DNA from: Acaryochloris marina S15
GTDB lineage: Bacteria; Cyanobacteriota; Cyanobacteriia; Thermosynechococcales; Thermosynechococcaceae
Reading direction: 5' to 3'
DNA: 24,000 bases
Assembly (NCBI RefSeq): GCF_018336915.1
Contig: NZ_CP064923.1
Span: 1,150,653 to 1,174,652 of the forward strand
Shown here: positions 9,351 through 16,633 of the stretch, one piece after another
Numbering within the stretch: the first letter of the stretch is position 1
How the letters are laid out: every line of letters starts with the position of its first letter
Translations under genes and position numbers: made by a program
Notes under the pieces: generated by a model
The model's input: only the letters and a program-made list of their open reading frames with translations
What the model was told of the DNA's origin: nothing
Database searches by the model: none

Positions 9351-10160
9351 ATGGCAGTGAAAACTAGCGTTTTTTCTCACGTCCTTTCACCTTCTACAAG
9401 GCGATATCGCATCTCTCGCCTCGTAACAGTGTTGGCAGGGCTATGGGTAATCGGTAGTGTCCTGTGGAGTCCAACGAGCCACTATGCAGAGGCTCTAGCA
9501 GGCGTTGCTTATACTGATCCCGCCATTTACCAAGAGAAGTCGGGATATAGCCTAGATGGAATTAATAAAGTCTATATGGGGCGAGAAATTGCCCAAGTCA
9601 TGGGCCATCAAGGAGCTGGATGGCTAGAGCGATCGGGGCGGGCCAGCAGTGAACAGCCTCGACGCTTAGTGGAAGCCCTCAACTTAAGCCCTAAGGATGT
9701 GGTGGCTGATATTGGGGCTGGGACAGGTTACATGAGTTTTCGGATGACGCCCCTACTCCCGGAAGGCAAGGTGCTAGCCGTAGATCTCCAGCCAGAGATG
9801 GTGGAAATCCTCAACTATTTCAAGGAAGAACGCCAAATTGATAATTTAGAGGCAGTTTTGGGGGCCGAACAGAGCCCTAATTTGCCTGACAAGAGTGTCG
9901 ATTTAGTACTGATGGTGGATGCCTATCACGAGTTTGCCTTTCCCAACGAAATGATGACCGGCATTGTTAAAGCTCTGAAGCCAGGGGGCAGAGTGGTATT
10001 AGCGGAGTATCGGGCTGAAAACCCGCTGGTGATGATTAAGCCGTTGCACAAGATGACGCAAAAGCAGGTCCGCAAAGAGATGCTAAACGTGGGCTTAGTG
10101 TGGCAAGAAACTAAGAATCTATTGCCCCAACAACATCTGATGTTTTTTGAGGCGGCTTAG
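9351..10160 (+). CDS. Class I SAM-dependent methyltransferase with N-terminal hydrophobic anchor
   Basis: Motif I is VVADIGAGTGYMS, followed by an acidic motif II (VLAVDLQPEM) and VDLVLMVDAYHEF. The N-terminus has a hydrophobic segment LVTVLAGLWVIGSVLW. I placed the start at ATG 9351, preceded by GGGAGA at 9341..9346. The track start at 9339 is TTG. Confidence 0.85.
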   Translation: MAVKTSVFSHVLSPSTRRYRISRLVTVLAGLWVIGSVLWSPTSHYAEALAGVAYTDPAIYQEKSGYSLDGINKVYMGREIAQVMGHQGAGWLERSGRASSEQPRRLVEALNLSPKDVVADIGAGTGYMSFRMTPLLPEGKVLAVDLQPEMVEILNYFKEERQIDNLEAVLGAEQSPNLPDKSVDLVLMVDAYHEFAFPNEMMTGIVKALKPGGRVVLAEYRAENPLVMIKPLHKMTQKQVRKEMLNVGLVWQETKNLLPQQHLMFFEAA

Positions 10161-10200
10161 GGTCTGATCTGGGGGTGCGATCGCAAACCCAGATCAGACC
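10161..10200. terminator. 40-nt hairpin immediately after the methyltransferase stop, with a HIP1 site at its apex
   Basis: ggtctgatctggg (10161..10173) is the exact reverse complement of cccagatcagacc (10188..10200). The 14-nt apex ggtgcgatcgcaaa contains the palindrome tgcgatcgca. No T-run follows, so an intrinsic-terminator function is not certain. Confidence 0.4.
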
Positions 10201-10290
10201 ATCTCCACTGTTGAAGTGATCCCACTCATGACGTCTGAGAACGAACATGCCAAGATAGGGCTGAGAGTCGGGCATTGGAGTCCACCATTT

Positions 10291-11607
10291 ATGCGTCTAC
10301 AAGTTCAGGGTGTATGGGTCTGTATTGGGATCTTGCTAGGGGTACAATCAGCATCTGCCCAGTCTGCTATCCCCAATAGTTCTGTATCGGTTTTGCAGCA
10401 GGACGAAACTGCAAACGCTCCTAAACATCCTGGTGTTGCCAAACTGAGGGCGCAAGGTCCGGCCGGACTACACCGTTTTTTGAAAGACCATGCCCAGGAA
10501 TTGAAATCTACGGCTGAACTGCCTGCTCCATTCCTAAGGAGACAGCTCGATGCCCTCTGCCAGCAGAGAGACTGCCATGCATCCCAGCTCTATTGGCATA
10601 GGAATTTTGCCAAAGCTCAAGCAGAAGCCAAGACCAGCAATAAACCCATATTGTCTTTGCGGTTATTGGGAAATTTGGATGAAGAACTGAGCTGTGCCAA
10701 TAGCCGATTCTTCCGGGTGGCGCTGTATCCCAATGCCGAGGTTTCCCAATATTTACGCGAACGGTTTGTGCTGCATTGGGAGTCTGTCCGCCCTGCCCCG
10801 GTTATGACCATCGATTTTGGAGATGGTCGCCAACTCAAGCGCACCGTCACGGGCAACAGCATCCACTATGTGCTGGATGCCGAAGGTCGCCCCCTAGAAG
10901 CCTTACCTGGCCTCTATGGTCCCCAAGCCTTCCTGCAGCAATTACAGCGAGCTGACACTCTATGGCAGCAAACTGTAACCCTGACAGGGCAAGACCGCCA
11001 ACAGGCCCTGCAAACCTATCATCAACAGCGACTGGAAACGATTCAAGCCGATTGGGTTCAAGATCTACAAACAGCGGGAATCAAAGATGTTCCGGTCCTG
11101 AGAAAGCTGCCAGATGGCACGACACCGACGGCAGTGGATGCTGCCCCCATTGCCATCACCAAGTCCCTGGTGGAGATTCCCTTAGTGTCTTCGTCTATGA
11201 ATCTCTCTATTTTGGCCAACCAAAATCGCACCCAACTCAGCGAAGCCACTCAACCTCAGACCTGGGGGAAATTGGCGGCCTTCCAGGCCGATCGAGCACG
11301 GCTGGATCAGAATAGCAAAGTGCTAATGCAGAGCAAGAACAACGCCTACCGTTCCCCTGAGCAGTTGGCCAAAACGGTACAAAGCTTTGAGCAAGCGATG
11401 GCTATCGATACGGTCCGCAACGAGTATCTACTGCATTCGCGCCTGCATCAATGGTTTGTGGAGAGAAACCAAACAGAATCGATTTCACAACTGAATGAAA
11501 AGGTCTATGCCGAGTTATTTCTAACACCGAGTTCTGATCCCTGGTTGGGATTGGTATCACCGGATATCTACAGTGGAATTGAGGGGGATGGGATCGAGCT
11601 TCAGTAG
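10291..11607 (+). CDS. Exported hypothetical protein with a thioredoxin-fold-like region (degenerate CxxC)
   Basis: ATG at 10291 yields a classic signal peptide, MRLQVQGVWVCIGILLGVQSASAQS, with GGAG 11 nt upstream. The track start at 10216 is GTG. The region WHRNFAKAQAEAKTSNKPILSLRLLGNLDEELSCANSRFF...VSQYLRERFVLHW resembles Thioredoxin_7/DUF255-type domains but has LSCANS in place of WCxxC. This family assignment was made by eye only. Confidence 0.55.
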   Translation: MRLQVQGVWVCIGILLGVQSASAQSAIPNSSVSVLQQDETANAPKHPGVAKLRAQGPAGLHRFLKDHAQELKSTAELPAPFLRRQLDALCQQRDCHASQLYWHRNFAKAQAEAKTSNKPILSLRLLGNLDEELSCANSRFFRVALYPNAEVSQYLRERFVLHWESVRPAPVMTIDFGDGRQLKRTVTGNSIHYVLDAEGRPLEALPGLYGPQAFLQQLQRADTLWQQTVTLTGQDRQQALQTYHQQRLETIQADWVQDLQTAGIKDVPVLRKLPDGTTPTAVDAAPIAITKSLVEIPLVSSSMNLSILANQNRTQLSEATQPQTWGKLAAFQADRARLDQNSKVLMQSKNNAYRSPEQLAKTVQSFEQAMAIDTVRNEYLLHSRLHQWFVERNQTESISQLNEKVYAELFLTPSSDPWLGLVSPDIYSGIEGDGIELQ

Positions 11608-11990
11608 TCTGCTTGAGACCGAGGCCACAGCATCGCCAACCCTCGCTGACCGTATCCAAGGATGGCCAAGACGGTCTGTCTCATGCTGCGAGGATGGAAG
11701 CCTGCCCAAGCATTAAAGCCTAGGCACACCATGGCGATGGTGAACAGAATATAGGTGGGAGCCATAATCACACCGATGATGAGCCAAGACAGATCGTGAA
11801 GCGCTAACAAGACTGCTGCCAAGCTAGAGAATCCAATACTGATGTGAATGGATCGAGGCGAATGGTCTCGGCTCACCTTATAAACGCTTAAGGCTGTGGA
11901 CAAAATATTGATGGGGACTAGGGATGCACAAATGCCAACACAGTTGCATCGGGAGAAGTCGAGAAGAGCGTTAAAACTAAGCATGTTCAT
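11601..11990 (-). CDS. Small hypothetical integral membrane protein (3-4 predicted helices)
   Basis: Hydrophobic segments GICASLVPINILSTALSV, IGFSSLAAVLLALHDLSWLIIGVIM and ILFTIAMVCLGFNAWAGF. The track start at 12041 is TTG. I prefer ATG 11990 (MNMLSF...); ATG 11984 is also possible. Its 3' end overlaps the convergent upstream gene by 7 nt. Confidence 0.45.
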   Translation of the reverse strand: MNMLSFNALLDFSRCNCVGICASLVPINILSTALSVYKVSRDHSPRSIHISIGFSSLAAVLLALHDLSWLIIGVIMAPTYILFTIAMVCLGFNAWAGFHPRSMRQTVLAILGYGQRGLAMLWPRSQADY

Positions 11991-12097
11991 CGTTCTATCA
12001 TGTTTAAGAGATCGATGCTGCGAATTGCAAAAGCTAAGCAATAATACTTAATCTGCGTTGATTCCCATAGTCCTAGATTTCGGTGAGGTAATCCCTG

Positions 12098-12475
12098 ATG
12101 AGTTCGTCCCCAACCTTAGGCCCAATCCATCCCCTGGTTCCCGCTGGAGAGGATTTGGAGCCTGCGATTGCATTCTACGAACAGAAACTCGGATTCAAGG
12201 TCATCCACCGGGAAGGAGATCCCCTCAGACTGGCGGTGGTTCAACGGGATATGTCCGTCATCTATCTGTGCAAAAACAGCTATCAAAATTTGGGCAGTCC
12301 CACCAGCTTAAGAATCCAGGTCAACGATATTGACCAACTGTTTGCTGAGTATGAAGCGAAAGATGAAAGCATCGTCCGGGAAAAACTGGCAGTCAAACCC
12401 TGGGGACCGAAAGAATTTGTGGTTTATGACCCAGTCGGTGGTTGCTTAACATTTTTTGCCATGCCTGGTAATTAG
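12098..12475 (+). CDS. VOC-family (glyoxalase / bleomycin-resistance fold) protein
   Basis: The 125-aa size and pattern are typical of single-domain VOC proteins: IHPLVPAGEDLEPAIAFYEQKLGFKV...LRIQVNDIDQLFAEYEAK...LAVKPWGPKEFVVYDPVGGCLTF. ATG start with GAGGT 9 nt upstream. Confidence 0.75.
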   Translation: MSSSPTLGPIHPLVPAGEDLEPAIAFYEQKLGFKVIHREGDPLRLAVVQRDMSVIYLCKNSYQNLGSPTSLRIQVNDIDQLFAEYEAKDESIVREKLAVKPWGPKEFVVYDPVGGCLTFFAMPGN

Positions 12476-12604
12476 CCTTCCTAAAAAGGGCTTGGCATAC
12501 AAAGCAAGATGGACACACCTGAATCATGAGGTGTGGGGGCAAACCACCCGACATGCCGCAAGACTGAGTTAAACAAGCTAGATTTCTAGAGGTAACAGTG
12601 CTGC

Positions 12605-13213
12605 ATGCTAGGTTTACCCTTCGTTCATTGGTTAGTCATCCTCAGTGTACTGATCAGTACAGCCGGTGCCTTCGCCTATATTCGCGACACCTTATCAGGT
12701 AAGACCCAGCCGAACCGGGTGTCCTGGTCCATGTGGGCCTTGTCCCCTCTGATTAGTACCGCAGCGGCATTGTCAGCAGGCGCTGATGGTTGGGCCACTC
12801 TTCGCATTTTTATTGCTGGCTTACTGCCCCTGCTGATCTTTTTCGCTTCATTCATCAACCAGCGCAGCTACTGGAAAATGGGGGTCTTTGACTTGAGCTG
12901 TGGTGCGTTCTCACTGCTGGCGGTGATTTTATGGGCTGCGATCGCATCTCCGCAACTGGCAATTCTCTGTGCCATCATCGGCGATATTTTTGCCTCTTTT
13001 CCGACGTTAATTAAGACCTGGAAATACCCAAACACCGAGACAGGCGCTATGTTTTTTGCCAGTCTCCTCAGCGTGTTATTGGTTCTGCCCTCAATTCCCG
13101 TGTGGAATATTGCGAATGCCGCCTTTCAGATTCACTTATTGATTATGAGTTCACTGCTGCTATTTGCTGTCTACCGCAAACCCATTCAGAGACGATTTCA
13201 CTTTTCCAAATAA
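12605..13213 (+). CDS. Hypothetical polytopic membrane protein (about 6 helices)
   Basis: 202-aa ORF with ATG start, almost entirely hydrophobic helices (LVILSVLISTAGAFAYI, WALSPLISTAAALSA, IFIAGLLPLLIFFASFI, AFSLLAVILWAAI, LAILCAIIGDIFASF, FFASLLSVLLVLPSI, IHLLIMSSLLLFAVY). I recognise no family. Confidence 0.6.
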   Translation: MLGLPFVHWLVILSVLISTAGAFAYIRDTLSGKTQPNRVSWSMWALSPLISTAAALSAGADGWATLRIFIAGLLPLLIFFASFINQRSYWKMGVFDLSCGAFSLLAVILWAAIASPQLAILCAIIGDIFASFPTLIKTWKYPNTETGAMFFASLLSVLLVLPSIPVWNIANAAFQIHLLIMSSLLLFAVYRKPIQRRFHFSK

Positions 13214-13577
13214 TAGCTGTTTTACACCTTCCAGAATTATTGGTCCATTTTTCAAAATTTATATCGAATAATTCTTGAGTTTCCAGTAAGGGAAGGTCTC
13301 GATTCTCTTGCAAGCTTTTTCTGTGAATGTGAATACAAAACACTATTTTAAGAGTAGGTGAGTTACGTTCTTTATCAGGAACCAGAGCTATCAAGATGAG
13401 AAGTATAACGCTAACTCTATGGCATTTTTGACTAACAGATACAGTTTCTGAATGACTTAACCTCCCTCAACCGAGTTAAACTTATTCGAAGTGGAAAAGG
13501 CAAATCAAAATGTCGATTTATGCCACAATTTGGGACGCCATCGTTATGCGACGATGCAAGCTAGGATTCAGAATAAA

Positions 13578-14699
13578 ATGACAAAACGTTTTCGCATCGC
13601 ACTTTCATTTGCAGGAGAAAAAAGGGATTTTGTTGTCCGAATGGCGCATGTCCTTGCAGATCGCTTTAGCGCAGACCAAATTCTTTATGATAAGTTTCAC
13701 GAAGGAGAATTTGCCTGTAGTAATCTCGCCTTTCATCTTCCCTCGCTTTACCAGAATGAAGCCGATCTGGTCGTTGCTATCCTGTGCAATAACTACAGCG
13801 AAAAAGAGTGGTGTGGCCTTGAGTGGAACGCTATATATAGTCTGATCAAACAGGGTAATGTAAAACAAGTCATGCTTTTACGCTTTGACAGGGTCGAACC
13901 TGCAGAATTGTTCGGTCTTGCTGGTTTTGTTGATCTGGATGATAAGACACCAGAAGAAACAGCTGCACTTATTCTCAGTCGCCTTGCGATTAATAAAGGG
14001 CAAAAGAAGGATTACTATCTTTCGACAAACTCTATAGATCTTGATTGGCCTGATGTCACCCCTGTGCTTGACTGGCCTGTGGCAAATCATCGTGAAGCGA
14101 AGCTTGCTTTTGCAAAGCTAATTACGCATAGAGCACCATTCAGAATACTTCCCATCTACGGTCCGACAGAAATAGGCAAGACTCACTTAACAAAGCAGTT
14201 TCTCCGACATGCATTTAAAATTCCGGGATTAACTTGCGGACGCCTAGACTTCAAAGGCTCTACAGACATAGACACAGAACTGCGGATTTTTGCACAGAAC
14301 CTCAAGGTTGAGACCCCATCTGGTAGTGTTGTCAGTCAACTTTCTCAAATCTTTACTTCCCTCCAAAAGATAGCGCGTCCCACTCTCCTTATTTTCGACA
14401 CGTTTGAGATGGCTGGAGAAGCAGAGAACTGGATGCAACAAAGTCTACTCCTCTCCATCATTCGCGAAACTTGGCTACGTGTTATCGTAGTTGGCCAACA
14501 ACCATTGAAAGTGCATGGAGAACCCTGGGATGGAGCAAGTGCCTCACCCATAAAGCTTAGCGTACCTAATCCAGAAGAATGGTTTGAGTTCGGCCAGACT
14601 TACAAGCCGAACCTCACGCTTGAGTTTGTTCGCCAAGCTCATGATTACGCTGGCGGCAAGAGTGCGATACTTGCCCAACTGATAGGGCCTTCGGAGTAA
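13578..14699 (+). CDS. TIR domain fused to a P-loop NB-ARC-like STAND NTPase (NBD plus ARC1-like helical part)
   Basis: N-terminal bacterial TIR pattern: RFRIALSFAGEKRDFV...ILYDKF...DLVVAILCNNYSEKEWCGLEWNAI, where the conserved Glu in WCGLEW is the putative NADase catalytic residue. Walker A is IYGPTEIGKTHL. Walker B is PTLLIFDTFE. A sensor-like strand is LRVIVVGQQ. NB-ARC-like motifs follow: IKLSVPNPEEWFEF and a GLPLA-equivalent AGGKSAILAQLIG. I placed the start at ATG 13578 (MTKRFRIALSFAGE); the track start at 13491 is GTG. Confidence 0.85.
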   Translation: MTKRFRIALSFAGEKRDFVVRMAHVLADRFSADQILYDKFHEGEFACSNLAFHLPSLYQNEADLVVAILCNNYSEKEWCGLEWNAIYSLIKQGNVKQVMLLRFDRVEPAELFGLAGFVDLDDKTPEETAALILSRLAINKGQKKDYYLSTNSIDLDWPDVTPVLDWPVANHREAKLAFAKLITHRAPFRILPIYGPTEIGKTHLTKQFLRHAFKIPGLTCGRLDFKGSTDIDTELRIFAQNLKVETPSGSVVSQLSQIFTSLQKIARPTLLIFDTFEMAGEAENWMQQSLLLSIIRETWLRVIVVGQQPLKVHGEPWDGASASPIKLSVPNPEEWFEFGQTYKPNLTLEFVRQAHDYAGGKSAILAQLIGPSE

Positions 14700-14704
14700 C
14701 CCCC

Positions 14705-16306
14705 ATGAACTTCACTGAACAACTCCGTATTCTCAAAAATGCACAAGGTGACCCAGCAGCTCTCGTTCTTGCTAGTGTCGATATCGCCTATTTCACACTT
14801 ACTGAGCCACAGCGTCAATCAATTAAACAGGCATTAATCGCTGCTGCTATCCCGCACTGGTGTGATTCCGACCTGCTTGTGGCTCTGCTGGACACAACAC
14901 CTGATAAGGGAGACATCTTATTCGATTATTTGCGCAAACTCACAGTTATTGAACCCTTTCCTGCACGTGGAGAGAAAGCCATGAACGTTCACGAGTCTGC
15001 TCGCCTGACCTTGCGGGATTATTTGCGGAAGACAGACCCCGCTCGCTGGGTTCAACTTTCCACAAATGCCTGGAACTACTTAAACGAACACACTGAGACT
15101 CATGCTCGGATCGAAGCACTCTACCACTTGTTTGCGACCGATCAAATAGCTGCTGCAGCCGAATGCGAACTGCTAACTCAGGAAATCACACATTCTATGC
15201 AGCCTGAGAATACTACTGCACTCTCCCTTGCTCTGGAGGAACTAGCTAATGCCAGCTGGCTCAAAGGAGCAGCCCGAGTGGAAGCACTACTAGCCACTTT
15301 TGAAGTTCGTAGTTTGCGCGGAGACACTGCCCAACTGGAGGATCAAGCGCTTCAAGTTATGAATCTTGCTCATGCAACATCCCGTCAATCAGGAATTTCC
15401 CGGGCACAGTGCCTTCTAGGAGACATCTACCAAACAAAAGGACGACTGGATGATGCGCTCAAAGCATTCAATGAATACCTCTCTATCTGTCAGAATCTGA
15501 CTTCAGCCGATCCGTCTAACGCAAAATGGCAGCGTGATCTCGGCGTCGCGTATGCGAGGACCGGAGACATCTACCAAACAAAAGGACGACTAGATGATGC
15601 GCTCAAGGCATTCAATGAATACCTTTCTATCTGTCAGAATCTGATTTCAGCCGATCCGTCTAACGCAGTATGGCGGCGTGATCTCGGCGTCGCGTATGCG
15701 AGGACCGGAGACATTTACCAAACAAAAGGACGACTAGATGATGCGCTCAAGGCATTCAATGAATACCTTTCTATCTGTCAGAATCTGATTTCAGCCGATC
15801 CATCTAACGTAAAATGGCAACGTGATCTCGGCTTCGCGTATGTGAGAACTGGAGACATCTACCAAACAACAGGACGATTGGATGATGCGCTCAAGGCATT
15901 CAATGAATATCTCTCTATCTTTCAGAATCTGACTTCAGCCGATCCGTCTAACGCAAAATGGCAGCGTGATCTCGGCGTCGCGTATTCGAGGACCGGAGAC
16001 ATCTACCAAACAATAGGACGACTGGATGATGCGCTCAAGGCATTCAATGAATACCTTTCTATCTTTCAGAACCTGACTTCAGCCGATCCGTCTAACGCAG
16101 TATGGCAGCGTGAACTCGGCGTCGCGTATTCGAGGATCGGAGACATCTACCAAACCCAAGGACGACTGGATGATGCACTCAAGGCATTCAATGAAGACCT
16201 CTCTATCTTTCAGAACCTGACTTCAGCCGATCCGTCTAACGCAGCATGGCAGCGTGAACTCGCTGTCGCGCATGCGAGGATCGGAGGCATCTATAAGGCC
16301 CTCTAA
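14705..16306 (+). CDS. STAND winged-helix/ARC2-like region plus TPR-like repeat sensor (partner of the upstream TIR-NTPase)
   Basis: The ATG lies 5 nt after the upstream stop, with GGAG at 14693..14696 (8 nt upstream). The N-terminal ~230 aa resemble the WH/ARC2 part of NB-ARC proteins (IAYFTLTEPQRQSIKQALIAAAIPHWCDSDLLVALL...LTVIEPFP...MNVHESARLTLRDYL). The C-terminal half has six near-identical 48-aa TPR-like units (GDIYQTKGRLDDALKAFNEYLSICQNLTSADPSNAKWQRDLGVAYART). Confidence 0.85.
   Translation: MNFTEQLRILKNAQGDPAALVLASVDIAYFTLTEPQRQSIKQALIAAAIPHWCDSDLLVALLDTTPDKGDILFDYLRKLTVIEPFPARGEKAMNVHESARLTLRDYLRKTDPARWVQLSTNAWNYLNEHTETHARIEALYHLFATDQIAAAAECELLTQEITHSMQPENTTALSLALEELANASWLKGAARVEALLATFEVRSLRGDTAQLEDQALQVMNLAHATSRQSGISRAQCLLGDIYQTKGRLDDALKAFNEYLSICQNLTSADPSNAKWQRDLGVAYARTGDIYQTKGRLDDALKAFNEYLSICQNLISADPSNAVWRRDLGVAYARTGDIYQTKGRLDDALKAFNEYLSICQNLISADPSNVKWQRDLGFAYVRTGDIYQTTGRLDDALKAFNEYLSIFQNLTSADPSNAKWQRDLGVAYSRTGDIYQTIGRLDDALKAFNEYLSIFQNLTSADPSNAVWQRELGVAYSRIGDIYQTQGRLDDALKAFNEDLSIFQNLTSADPSNAAWQRELAVAHARIGGIYKAL
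15419..16306 (+). repeat. In-frame tandem repeat, 144-bp unit x 6 plus a 24-bp partial unit
   Basis: Units start at 15419, 15563, 15707, 15851, 15995 and 16139, with a partial at 16283. Each begins ggagacat(c/t)taccaaac. By eye the units are more than 90% identical at nucleotide level. A more degenerate unit precedes the array. Confidence 0.95.
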
Positions 16307-16440
16307 TAGTATTACCTGTAGTTATAGAATCTGCGATTGAAGCTCTAATAAATAATCCAGACTAACGCCAGCTATAAACTCTCGCTTTTACTGTTGATGA
16401 CAACAACAGGATGGATCGAATCAACAGGATGACAATCCAT

Positions 16441-16633
16441 CTACAGCAGATTTAAAGCTTTCAAACTCCGACGGGTCACTTCTGCCCGAGCGGGTAAATC
16501 TTTCTGATCATTGATATCGAGATTGGTGGCAAAAAAATAGACATTATCATTTTGCTCTAAGTAACCGACATACCAACCAATGCCAGGCTGCAGTGCCCAA
16601 CCCGTCTTCGCTCGGATGGTGTACTCAGGGGTT
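16441..16633 (-). pseudogene. 3' fragment of a class-D (OXA-like) beta-lactamase / PBP-transpeptidase-fold gene, separated from its 5' part by an IS insertion
   Basis: Minus-strand translation from the duplicated target reads ...EY TIRAKTGWALQPGIGWYVGYLEQNDNVYFFATNLDINDQKDLPARAEVTRRSLKALNLL*. It contains the class-D KTG box. It joins in frame with the 5' fragment once the IS and one TSD copy are removed. Confidence 0.8.
16622..16633. repeat. Target-site duplication (left copy) of the IS4-family insertion
   Basis: tactcaggggtt abuts the left IR. An identical 12-mer sits at 18118..18129, abutting the right IR. The boundary is ambiguous by 1 nt. Confidence 0.75.

Noticed and set aside
10617-11659. 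ORFs 10617..10862, 10962..11315, 11058..11249 and 11402..11659
   Set aside because: They are alternative-frame or antisense ORFs inside the 10291..11607 CDS, with no motifs.
12058-12333. ORF 12058..12333 (91 aa)
   Set aside because: It overlaps the VOC-family CDS out of frame, has a non-ATG start and is Gly/Arg/Pro-rich. The VOC frame has the recognisable fold pattern.
12514-12535. 7-bp hairpin cacacct-gaatcatg-aggtgtg downstream of the VOC gene
   Set aside because: The stem is short with no U-tract. It is too weak to call a terminator.
13143-13394. Minus-strand 83-aa ORF in the AT-rich spacer upstream of the TIR gene
   Set aside because: It has a TTG start, overlaps the 3' end of the upstream membrane-protein gene, and shows no motif I recognise. 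It could be a gene remnant, but I cannot support it.
13605-14551. ORFs 13605..13868, 13609..13845, 13878..14090, 14244..14441 and 14345..14551
   Set aside because: They are shadow ORFs within the TIR-NTPase CDS, favoured by its AT-rich composition.
15419-16306. Could the regular 144-bp repeats be a CRISPR array or satellite?
   Set aside because: The units are contiguous with no unique spacers, maintain one long reading frame and encode TPR-like helices. This is an intragenic coding repeat.
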